NCBI GenBank assembly: GCA_040954595.2
Contig: CM082588.2
Coordinates: 3,060,513 to 3,124,512, forward strand
Source of the DNA: Balanoglossus misakiensis
Lineage: Eukaryota > Animalia > Hemichordata
Length of the DNA stretch: 64,000 bases
Direction: 5' to 3'
In this document: in pieces, positions 1 to 13,000 of the stretch
How the letters are laid out: the number at the start of each line of letters is the position of its first letter
How positions within the stretch are numbered: position 1 is the stretch's first letter
Made by a program: the position numbers and the translations under genes
The notes under the pieces: generated by a model
Databases searched by the model: none
What the model saw: the letters and a program-made list of their open reading frames with translations, nothing else
Told to the model about the DNA's origin: nothing

Positions 1-3000
1 TGTGAAAGAAATCTCTTTACCTAACTTGGTTACGTTGGCTCACTTAATGCAAGTAATTGCAATTGCTGTATCAGAAAAATCAATAACGCATTTGAGTCAT
101 TCCACTAGGACGATAAAAATGCGTAGTTGTAGTCTCACCAGTGTCGTGGTATCTTTTGAGTTACTTTGATCTTAACATGCTGTTTAGTGTGTTGCTTTCA
201 GCATGCGAACGTAGGTTGCATACTGTGAAATGGCGCGTGGTGCTGTTTTTCGAAAACACGACAAGGTCAATCAGTGTTACATATCTGAGGGTAACTTGTC
301 AGCTCGATGGACAACCAGAGTGTGTCCTGCATTTTCGACATTCCATGATTTAATTCCAGGTGGAGTCGGGGAAATACAAGTACCTATGATTCCAATTCCA
401 AGTGTTATCGATAAAGGTCGTTTGGGGGCAGGAAGCCCCCCAAAAGCAAGAAATAGACTGGGTGTTGGTATATTGCACACCATGGAATGTGAAAAGCACC
501 TGGCAAGGGTTTTTTTTATCTCAGTGAGAATCACCTGGCAAGTGGGTGCTATCTGTACAGACTGCTGATTGATATCAAGCCAGTAGTGGTAATAGAATTT
601 GATATGCTGTTAGTGCAGACAGACATTTAGCAAGGAAGTCAAAACAAACTGTTTTGGAAATAATGGCTGATCTGAGGTAATAATACTTTAAGTGCACACT
701 ACAGCAGAGAAAATGATTGTACGCGTTTCGAGAAATAAACAGCACACCCTTGTATCAACTCCTTGTCAAATTTGATCTCCTGATATAATCTACCATGACC
801 GTCAGATTGAAACGAGAAAAATATCTTGGATGTCTTCCGTGACTCAGATGGCAATCACCCTTTCAAGTTTTACTTCTCAACTCAGTGATAATAAATCACA
901 GGCAAATGTTGTCGTCATTGATGCGTTGCGTGATATCAGATGCAAAATCGGCCACTGCAGGCCTCCCTCATCCCTGCTTTATTAAACCCAGAATTCAATC
1001 AGAAGTCTGGCTCTTTGCCTCCTACTCCATCTTATGATTCATCAGACACATTAAACTGGGTGAGATATGTCTATTCAAACGGCAGATACTTGGTTTTTAG
1101 AGGAATCATTTTACAGAGAGAAGGTTCATCCTGAATAACCCCAGCACCCTATACTTTGTCAACATGATTCTTCCAACTATTGATGGGAATTGGCCATAAT
1201 AACAGACCGGTGTATGCAAACAAAGAGTGGTCATGCAGTGCGGATCAGAATACTGCAATTACTAGCACTGATGTGGTTGTGACTCAACTAGCTATTAGCC
1301 TGTCCTGATAACATACAGTCAATCTCAGAATAAGAACAGATATTTTACGAAAACAACTCCCCTGTCAGTTGCATATGGACCGTTCTCCAAGTCGACAAAT
1401 CCTTCAGTACTTCTTGAGGCCAATTACAATAAACCTAAAGGGCCTTTAAATATGCTGAGTACTGTATATCTTTCACAACTGTATTTGCTGTGTACAGTTT
1501 GGTTACCTTAGCAACAGAAAATATAAATAACTTGGAAATAGATGTATCTGGCATACAGGTCTATAGTTCTTGAGTGTTGCCTGGTTAGTGTGAATATCAG
1601 AATGCCGATGATGTGGGATTTAGTTGGCTTTGTACATTACTCAGGAAATCTAATAAGTGTACCTGAAGCATATGCACCAAGCAGCATGTGGCTTCAGCAA
1701 TGTTTGCTCAGGTTTGGTTACCCTAGCAACAAGACATTGGGAAAGCTTGTGGAATTGATGTAATCCAGGCACTGAATCCAGGTAATCTGTGACAACTGTG
1801 TCAATCCAGCAGTTTAATATCTGTGTCAACAGGCATATTAAGTAGGACCATTGGCAAGAGAAAAAAAATAATGTTCCTATAACAACATGCAATGTACATG
1901 TTCATGTGCCTTAATTTGATCAGTTGTTGCTATGGTAGCGAGGCCTTTCTGTTCTACTTGTAATAAGGCGTCTCCTGTTCTTCTTGATCAGTGGCACATT
2001 GGTGATGACAGGTAACATATGAAAATAAATTGTATTTCATGTATCAGAATGTCGAAATAAATTGGTGATTGCATTAATGCCAGGGGAGAGTTCAGAATGA
2101 TGGCCTCAGTATCTTTTACATTGTATCCCTGTAAAATAATGATAAAAATTCAAATAGCATCTTATAAAATACATATTGCGTACAGAACTAAATGAGTGAA
2201 AATTTGGACTGAATAGATTGGAATATTAAAAAATGGAATGTAAACAAATGTATTATAACCACGGCTTCCTTTGTGGGTATGTGGCCACGCACCGTTGATA
2301 ATATACATGTATGTGTTTCGAGTGCTGTACTTGATTTGGTGTGGCGTACAGCCTGACACCATCAGGTAATGGATTGACGTCAATTTGAGTGTGTCTTCCT
2401 TTTACTATAGTATTAGAAAAAAAAATTGATTAACTGTAAAGGAATGGGTTTGTACATGGTTCTGGATGTGATGATGTAACGCAGTGCGTTCGTGGGTGAT
2501 GTCATGCATAGCCTAATTGGGGCTTCATTCAGGGTTCACTGGAGTTGATGAGACATTCACGCTTGGTTCTGGTTCAGCTGCTGTTCTATTGGTTCAGTTA
2601 GTGATGAATAGTGAATGTATGAAGCCATTTTGATGGAAATTAGAATGTATTGATGCAAAATTACATGTGCTTTTTGTGTTTTTCAGACGTTGGCGTTTGC
2701 CTGTGATGATCAGTGTCGTTGCCATGAAACTATCAAACGTAATTTTTAGAAATGAAATAAGCCCCGATCATGTACGTGTTACACAGTTGATTCCCGTGGA
2801 TTGTAACTTTTCTAAGCATCTGTTCCGTTTCTTCAGGCTTGATTCTAATCGATGGAATTGTTTTATGGAAAACATGCCGGAATAGATTGACGTTTCCTGC
2901 GTCATAACTCAGTTAATGGTTAAATTTAGCTTCTGCAGGATTATGAGATGTTATTACAGGAAAACATTGGCACTCAGATGGTAGTGTAGGTGGCTGACTT

Positions 3001-6000
3001 TTTCCGCAGGCAGTTTCAGATGTCAGTGTTTACTGCGAGAACTGAAGGTCGGGAGTTTTAAGGAATTCGAAATCTACGTGCGCTGATTTCGTCATACTGT
3101 GCGTAGAGATATGTGAACGTTTGTATTTATGTTGCGTAGTGGTTGGGGAGTTCAGTGTAATGACTTAAATCACAGTCTATTTAAAAGGGTGGACGTCATC
3201 GGATCTGTATCTCTGGCTCTGCGGCTTTCCTGTTTATAAACATCACATTTCACTCGCAATGTTTATTGTGGGGTTGTCGACGTTAGTGGCAAACTGTTAA
3301 CTATTACAAGGTACATCATACTCATAGTAAACAATGTGTTGTTGGCTCTCGTCCCAGTCCAATGTAAGTTTGATATCTGAGTTGTTGGCTGCAAGACTTC
3401 ACTGCCGCTGACAGGGTAGATGCAATGAAGTTTATTCTCTCCTGGTAACCACAGAGCCAAAGAATGCCAGCTATGTTCTGATTAACAGGTATACAGTAAA
3501 CATACCAAGTGCAGGCAAGCCCAACCACAATGGTATTGTCAGCATCAGTTTATATTGGATTCTGTGGTCAGAATAACAACCGGTTAAAATTACAACTTCC
3601 ACCATGACCGCCTCCCATCTCCTGGGGGGAATCGCTAATAAACACTTTATTGGTGAATAATCAAATTAGATTTCATGGGGAAAATGGCATTTGCAATTCA
3701 TCAGGAATGATGTCACACTCCAAGGCAAAGATCCTGGGTTGTCTATATCACTGTGACTTTCTGATATGGTGAAAACCCTTTGTGCCACGCGCCTTCATCT
3801 AATTTCCCTGAAATCATACGCTCTTGTGTATGTATGTATGTCTATAAATGTACACATGTATGAAGTCTGCTGAAACCTAACCCAAACTATTCCATTTCAA
3901 GTCAAAATATTTACCCAGGAGGCTCTCCTTTCAAGTTGAACAATGGCTTGAAAGTCAACTTGAATTCACCTCACATGGGAATTGCACAGCCAATAGCCGA
4001 GCCCTGGAAATGCATTTCTGAGAAGGGAAGCCATACATGTAGATTAGGATGAAAGGAGTCGGATGTCAAAAAATGGTCACGTCGAGTTCAAGTTCAAGGC
4101 TGCTAGGTCAGGAAACATCGGACTTGGTATATCATGTGTATAATAATATATATGCCCATGATTTTTTATTACCTCAAGTTCTCTTGTAGAGATTAAGTAT
4201 AATATTACAAAAATACTATTTTAATTTTAAAAAATAGCAAATAAAATGTTTTAAACATATATCAGTCTAAAAAGAATATTTTTATTCCCCTTAGTTCTCT
4301 GATAGTGGCTTTCTGACTTTAATAATTCATGTACAATTACATACTACATGTAAGTAGTGTGCGTGTCCTGTAATCAGGCCAGCCCTACATTGGCCTCTGG
4401 ATCTCGGCAAATCAAATTTAACCTTTGAATGATACAGGGCAGTGATTAAGGCTTCGTGCAAAGAATGTGTTTTGAAGCACTTCCTAACGTGTTTAAGTTT
4501 ACAGATTATTGTGTTTGTCTCAGGCCCAGCAGCAACATTCTAGAGCTCTCAGGGTAATACACAGTGATCACACTCCAAGGAATGTTAATATGCTCTCAAA
4601 GAATTCAATCACTTAAACACTAGCGTATATATAAGTGGAGAAATGCTTAAACATTTTCAGCCTTTGGCAAAAAATAGAATCAGTCAAAATCTGATATTTA
4701 TTTGATAATAATAGTTTCTTGATTCATATTTTTGTATACATGAAATTACAGCCTGTTTTTAAACCCCTTTATTAAATTCTAATTGGGTATGAGTTGAAAT
4801 ATTAAAAAATAAACAGGAATTAAATTGTTCTTATTTGTGTGACAGTGTGGTGCACACTAGCATTCATGATGACTTTCTCTACATAAAACCTTGCCCGTCA
4901 CAGTCAGAGAAAATTGGTGGATTTGGAGTGAATGAATATTTGATGAGAATGTGTCTGTCATTTTGGAATATTAAATCCCTGTATTTGATGGGAGATTTTA
5001 TTTGAATTGAGCAGCCTTATCAGTGGCAGTAGTTGTGAATCTTGAGATGGGGAAATTACCGAAGGCCACTAGGGACTGTGTGAGTGGATTTGTGTGTAAA
5101 AAAAGAAGAGTGCATGGAATGAGTTGATCGCAATATACTAGTACTCCATCTGCCAGGTAGCAGAGACTAGAACATATAGACCCTTGTGAAACAGACATGC
5201 GAAACAGACGCACTGACTTGCAAAAGAAATTGGATTAGGATTCAAGCTGTCTATTTCGTGATGCCTGTAGTCTTGAATATCCCCTGGTAATTTCTGGCCC
5301 TGTTAATAATGCAAAATCACTGTCTGGGTGCGGGTGTGCACATTTACATGCACATGGATCTCATGTTATTATCCAAACCAAGTAACACACATGATATAAT
5401 GGTTGCATTGAATTAGAAATGATAGCAAAATAAGTGATAATTTGTCGCAATGGTACAAATTCTGTTAATTCTGAAGTACTAGTATCTCAAGGGAAAATTA
5501 AGACGTATGTCATTAAAAATTTGTATTCAGTTAAGATTTGTAGCTTAATAAACATAAATTTCAAACTTCAGTAGATCTCGTGATGGTTCTTATGGTTGCA
5601 CTTTATTGGAGAGATCATTGCCCTGTTATTTGAAATAGACATGCGTACATTGTTACATGTACTGTGTATTATCCCCAGCAATTTCATTCATTTGATCCAA
5701 TTGCATTTTTATGTGGTTCAGCCTGTAAATAGATCATCCTGTAATTTTTATCTTGCGTCATGCTTGCAGCATCAGGTGGATGTATGCCTATCAACAGTGT
5801 CGTCAGCAACTAAGCACTGTCGTCACAACCGGTTCCGTGTAAACAACATGTTGCGTGTGGAGAACTTTATGAGTGAAATGGGCATATGTCTGGTGAACTA
5901 ACATTGAACTATGAACCCAAGAATACTGGAAAATAAATTGATATAAGTAATCTTGTTCACACACATACAATATACCCAGGATCTGGCCATGGTTGGCTTT

Positions 6001-7037
6001 GGTGTCCATGTTCCACTGTTCCACGAAGTCTATTAATAGCAGTTCTTGTTTGTTGAGTAAATTATGCCTTTGAGTATTTGATTTACGTCACGTCCACACA
6101 AGCAGGATGAGTAAGCCCTATCGACTAATGATTCAGACTGCATCATGGTGTCAGTAGATATCACTGTATAGTAATGCTTTCGCAGTCAGTTTTACTGAGT
6201 TGTGTGTTGCGCTGTACTGAACTCATTGCGACAATCCCAGTTCGTTAAATCCTCTTTTATGTGGGGGTAGGTTTGTAGTGGAAAAGGAAATGAGAAGCTT
6301 GCAATGGAACACCTGTGTTGATAGATTAGAAGGCCCTCGGCTTTCTGATGTGAACATTTCAATCAAATTTATTCCGAAAATAAATGCACTGTGTGGGTGG
6401 TACATGTATCATAAGCTTGGGTGTTCCAGACTGCTTCTTAGTTTACTGCGTTGCTTTAGCCATCCATCTACAGCAGAGAAATGGCTCAGAGCAGACTGGT
6501 TTGAAATTTCAATACCGAGCACACCTGCATTCCACTTAGTTAGACAATGGACCCTTTCTATTACTGTGGAGTTTCTTGTCATCTGGTCAGCCACAAGTAT
6601 GAGTTTCAGCCAGTGGTCAACTGCTTGTCTGAATCTCTTGGTCAAAAAATATAAAAATAAATCATTAACTGTCAACTCTGAAAGGAAGAATTGTTAATAT
6701 TTGTTCTATCGTGTACAAATAAGGTGACATTTATTGTTACAGAAGTTCCATATGGCTGTGACTATTTTTGAATATCAGTAATAATTTATAAATGATTAAT
6801 ATAAGTCAAAGGTGACATAGTTGTGAAGGGAAATACGTTAAATGTTATTTTCAAATGGCAGTGTAGTTTATTTTCATGCATAATCCTCGAACACATAATG
6901 CTAGTCCCACCATATTGGCCTTGGTCTGCTATTGGCTCTAGAGGGCGTCTTCAAGTTGAAAATAATACATTACCGTGGTAATATTGTCACAAAGCAAACA
7001 ATTAATTTCCCATTCTCTCCTGTGTCTTCTCAATTAG

Positions 7038-10000
7038 ATTTACTACAGTGCACCAATGAGCAAAATATCAACATTCCACAGCTGGGAGAGTTACTGATTG
7101 AACGGACTAACAACGCAAGTTGGGTGATTGTATTCAAAGCATTAATTACATCCCATCATCTTATGGTATACGGCAATGAAGTAAGTCAACTATATTATTT
7201 GCTACATACCTTTTGCACTGATCAAATCAATCAGAGTTGTTCTGCATATATTACAAGGAAATATTTCAATAAGATGATTTCTGCACGTACTGAATGACGA
7301 CTTTATTATTAACCATTTTTATGCTTTTCGTCTCAACAGCGATTTTCTCAGTACTTTGCGTCAAGAACCAACTTATTCAATTTATCCACTTTCCTGGACA
7401 AAAGCGGTACGCAAGGTAGTGTCACTACTGCCATTTCTAATTATTCTGCATGTCTCTATCAGTTTAGTACCCAGAGATGCGTTGTACACAGTCCTTCAGG
7501 GTTTCTGGTCCCTGTGTCAGATTATAAATATTGATGATTTCTAAAATGTCAACACTGTATCATTATGAGTGAAGTGAGAACATTAGTGTATATTGTGTTG
7601 GGAACCAGGATGAACAACTCATGGTATTGTGGACAAAAGTCACAAAGAACGATGTATTCAGTGATGTTTGGTACAATTACTCGGGGAACTCTAGGACTGA
7701 CTAAACAGCAGTTTCATGCACTTCATTATTATGTACATTGCACAAAACTACACGCAGTTCTCCTCCTCTTTTCCCAGGTTATGATATGTCAACATTTATT
7801 CGTCGTTATTCCAAATATCTTAATGAGAAAGCTTTAGCATACAGAACAGTTGCATTTGATTTCTGTCGAGCAAAGAGAGGGTAAGTTTGACGCTTTGCAT
7901 TGGTGACTATTTTGTTGAAGATTGTGAATTGTAGAAAATATTAACCCGAGAAGAAGAGTAGTATCACTAGTATGTTCACTCATGAATTTTTGGTTGACTT
8001 CTTTTTCTTCTGTTTTTTTCCAGGAAAGATGAGGGAATTCTTAGAACAATGGGCACAGAGAAGGTGGGTAGCTGTACCTTGTATATATGTGACATGAATG
8101 TTGTCAGGCGCAGTGATTGTGTAGAATCTAATTGCAATAGTGCAATGTAAAATTCTGGGACAACGTTAACTTTCATCTCACTTTGTTTCCATACACAGCT
8201 GTTGAAAACATTACCTGTAATCCAAGGGCAGTTGGATGCTTTGCTAGACTTTGAAGTAAGTACAGGGCCACTGTCAGTGTCAAATTTTGATATGATATAT
8301 GTAAGATTTCTGTAACGTCTGTAGTCTGATTGTGATCTGGTAGCTTCTTCTACCATAAACATGCAACTGACAAGATGTTTTTCTCTCTCTCTCCCACAGT
8401 GTAACACAAATGAATTAAGCAATGGTGTGATCAACGGGTGTTTCCTTCTCCTCTTCAAAGATAGCATTAGACTTTTCGCCTGTTACAATGATGGCATTAT
8501 TAATCTACTGGGTAAGTACCTGCCAGAGAAACGAACTGGCAGTTTTGTTCTTAAAGATGTATTTAGTCATTGGTCCCTTACATACATGGACACTTTTAAC
8601 CATTGAGTTAAGTGTTCTGACTTTCGTATGTCAACTTCTCTCTCCACAGAAAAATATTTTGACATGAACAAAAAACAGTGCAAAGAAGGGTTGGACATTT
8701 ACAGAAAGTTTTTGATCAGAATGGAAAGAATGTCAGAATTCCTCAAAGTCGCTGAGGTAAGTTTTTCTTTTCCACCACCACCATATACTCGAGGCAGAAG
8801 TGGATGTTTGCAAGTGCACACATCGGAAGGGACCTGTCGGCCATTTTGAATATTTCCCAGCATTCATTGTATGTCAATGATCAGCAGAACAGTTGTCAGG
8901 GTGCTTTACGTGTGTCAGTGTTAAAACGCATCCTTTCAAGTTCATTAAAAGATCATAAGCACCACAACAGTTTCTCTGTCTCATGTTATTATTTTTTCAA
9001 CATCCAACGTATGATGTTCAACCCATAGTCTTTCACACATACACACACACACTGCTTGGCGCTTAGACTATGCATACATGTATGTTGGTAGAATATTTTT
9101 TTTATTGCCCTGATTGCTAAAATCACAAAATTGTATAAATAAGCTATTTATGATTTTGGAAAGTATAAAGTTTTGCAAACCTAAGTTCTTTTTTCGAATT
9201 GATGAAGTTTAGATTGATATTTCCAGCAAAAATATTACTACAGCTGTGAAAGTGCAGTCTGTTGAAATCAAATTCTTTCTTAAGTGATCAATCTGTTCAA
9301 ATTTTTCTCCAAAATTTTCATGTTTGGCCAAATATGCAGTTGCCGGTAAGTAAGAAATAGGCAGAATTTGTAGTAGCTTGCTGTTAGGAAAAGAACTTTG
9401 CATGCAAATTTTTTTTTAGTCTTTTCTGTTCATGTGTATTACAAACCAAGTGTAAAATTGTAAACTGTATTTGGCCTTTCCCAACCATCTGTTGTATTGT
9501 GTGAGCAGTTTATTGTGAAATTCTAAATCCACAGGACTTCACTGGAAATTTGTGCCTCCTATTTTCCCTTAGTACGAACCTATACTTCCAGCAGTGCTTT
9601 AGAAATGTGGCAGAATTTGGCCGTTAACAACAGCAATTGTTTTACTTTGATAATTATAAAACAGTGGTACAATACTCATGCCTTCTCTGGCACGGATGAC
9701 CCCTGTATAGTATATGCATATTTCATCAAACACATCAAAGTTGATATATAATATCTAGGTCTGAGTCTGGCTGTCTTTTCTTCATAGTCTCTGTTTGTAA
9801 ACGAGTTTGTCGTCATCCTCATTCAGACTGTATTTATGTTCCATTTGTTTTGTTGCGCATTTTGTAAACTATGTAGATGTTTACTGAATGTTTTGTGTGA
9901 AGTCAGATTCTATCTAATCCATTATAACTGTACATATGATAGTTTGAGATTCACTCTGCACCTTGTGTTGAGTATTAAGTCGTTGATTTACTGATAGTCT

Positions 10001-13000
10001 TAACACTGTACATGTTTCCCTTTCTTACACACCAGTGGCCCACATAATGTTTTGTGCATAGATAGATGTCACCCTGTATAGAGTAGAGAACTACATGTAC
10101 TAACATTCCAGATAGCAGAATCTTTATGTCATGAGTCTCTTTACTTGGTCTTTCTGAGTTTTGTAACTGAGGGAAGTGTGTTTGGAAATCATGGAAGTAC
10201 ATGAAATTTCCTTGGGGAACCATGTCAGTTTCTCAAGACATTTTAAGGTGTGACTCGAGTGGATTAAAATCAGCTATTGAGTTAGGGTCTGTCTTGAACT
10301 TTGCTGGGCGTTTGCTGCTTCTTCTGCCTCCCCTGCATCTGACCAACATTAGTCAGGACTACCGACCAGTCAGACGTCACCATTGTCAGTGGTCATGACA
10401 ACAATCACCATGGTGACTAAGACACTACATAGAAGGTGCCATACAGGGAATATATTCATGCATTTAGTGTAAAACATGTGTTGGTTAATAATAATGACAA
10501 CTATTTTTGTTCTTTTTTGCTTACAGCAAGTTGGAATAGACAAAGGCGAAATTCCAGATCTTGCAAAGGTTAGTTCATTCATATCTTGAATCTTATGATA
10601 TTTTGAGGTATATTTTCAAATATTTTGCATTTCAGTGATCTGCTTGCACATGCGGTGGTGAAAAAGATGTCACCTCTGTAGAAACAGCAGCATTTTTGAG
10701 TGTGTGGGGAATACGGATTGAATGGTAGATGATTCTCACACCAAGGGAGTCAAGCTGATGGTTTTGTGAAAATTTAACGTGGGACACTAAAATTAGCAAG
10801 CAGACTACAGTATGTAGTTAAAATTTAAGAGAGTGTGAATGAAACAGATGTGTTTCTGAGATCAGTGATTCTTTTTTCGTTAGATGAGTATTTGATATTT
10901 GTTACTCTGTGACTACAGGTTATCAAGCCAATACCAGACATGCAACCAGGTGTGAGTGTTTTATTTTATTGGGTTTCTGTCTCGTGACTTGTTATTAGAC
11001 AACTAGGAAAACTTCACAATTTCAGCATTTCTGTGTTTTGTTGAAAAGTTCTAAAAGGGCGAAAAAACATGCATATTTCATAGTATTGACAAAATGGTGA
11101 AATTTATTTAAAGTGAGCTGTGTGTCTTGGAAAATATTCTGAAAATGAAAAGAAAAATTGTGAAATTTCCCCCCTGATAAATGCTGTCTAAAACAAGTGA
11201 TGATGACACATCATTTTCAGTTCAAATATCACCAGTTTGTGTGGGGCATGTCCACCAACATTAGTAATTTCAAACTCGGTTTTACAAGCCCATGCATCAA
11301 TTCAACACATCCTCCTAAGCTCTCACACTTTCAGGTTTCTTCCAATCTTTCATTCTCCTTTTTTTAACAACTGCAAAATTTTCGGGCATATGCTGCAAGC
11401 TTTTTAAAAAACAAATTACTAACTTCACACCTTGTCTCATGTCTGGTTGGAACTGGTCAAATGTGCATGACTTGGTACAGTTGAGGTACTGTCAATATGA
11501 TAAGTAGATAGGAATAAACATTTGCATAATTAATATGAGTATGATGTCGCAACCAATCATATTATTATTGAATGACAGTGACATGAATTGATTTGAATGA
11601 ATAACGCACTGTATGATATCTCAACCAGTAATGTATGCATTTTAAAAAGTGTAAGTGATATTTAGCATCTGTTCAGTGTGTATTTTTGGGTGTATGAAGG
11701 TAAGTGGATTGGGTGGTTCAGTATCATCAGTATCATTGCTAGTCCAATGAGACTTGGCATGGAAGACCACCTGGTTGGTGAATGAACTGATAAAAAACTA
11801 CTGACCAATCAAAGGCATCTTTACAAGATGCTTCACAAGAACTCTCTCATGGCTGTTTTTGCCGACGTAACTTGGAAACTCATTATGCATCATGTGCAAA
11901 AGCATGTACATGTATTGGATATTGTTCAGTGTCATATACAATTAATAGCTTGCTGTTCACATGATACTGTTGATAAACTTAGCAATTTGTGAAATGTTTT
12001 AAACCATTCTGGAGTATATTGCATGCAGTTTTACCCAAAGTATCACTTCTAATGCAGGTTTAATGGTTAAATATACATAAACAACAAGTAAACGTTAAAA
12101 ATGTTTATGTGCAATTATTTTATTGCCTTATAATATTATAAGAAACTCAACTGTATCCATGTCTGACAAATTTGCCAATTGTCCGTCGATGAAAGAATTG
12201 TATGAAGTGCACATTGTTCATAGTGGTGAAGGGTGTAATGAAAGGTTCATAAGAAGGTATATTGATAAATCAGTAACTTGCTATTTCCATGTCTGTCGAT
12301 GTGTGCTCACTATGTGGCTACAATAACATTGCATCTTTTACTGTGCATCTGTGTGTTGGGGTGGCTTATAATGCTCTTTGCATATGTTCAAATACTTTTT
12401 ATCCAGAGCGGGAAATCCTAGGTTTAATCTCAGCTCTGTACATCTGTGTTTTGTGTTGCATCTACTAATGTGGATAGTTGCATCTCTGCTTTTCATTTTG
12501 ATATGGTTTGGTCCAAAAGCATAGTTCTCTACGGTAAAGTTGGACCTGTGGATAAGGAACTGGGGATGAAATGGTTAAGGACAGTCACAGTTTGAAGGCC
12601 AGTCATACTCTTGTTCCAGCAATGGATGTCGATCGTCCCAAGATTGTACAGTGCCAAGAAACATTTTCAAGTAAATCACTCGGGGGGAAAAAACATTCAT
12701 TATGTTATCCTTTTCTGTATTTACCTAGGCTCCAAGCAGTTTATTAGATGCACTCGAACAGCATTTAGGATCCCTGGAAGGCAAGAAAACACCAGCTACA
12801 AGGTACGTATTTTGATGAATCTTTCAAACGGAACAGTGTCTTTGTCTGTAGTTTTATATCACAGTGGTGGTATATTTAGCCAGACATGATACTGTTTCGT
12901 GACAAAATTCAAAGGCGACATCACTCTAGAGAATTCTACACACTGCACTGTTCATAGAGCAACCTGCAACAGCGTTTCGATGTCCAAGACTGAATGTTGG

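Noticed and set aside
1-7037. Short ORFs in the first 7 kb (e.g. 230-568, 5596-5901, 6278-6697)
   Set aside because: No recognisable domains or consistent exon chain. The region is best read as intron 1 of the PICALM-like gene, whose first exon (ending ...KKHLD) was not found in the window.
7976-8467. 163-aa minus-strand ORF and similar antisense ORFs over exons
   Set aside because: Shadow ORFs antisense to PICALM exons and introns. The same applies to those opposite SMARCAD1, the globin, the Ig gene and the TMEM35-like genes.
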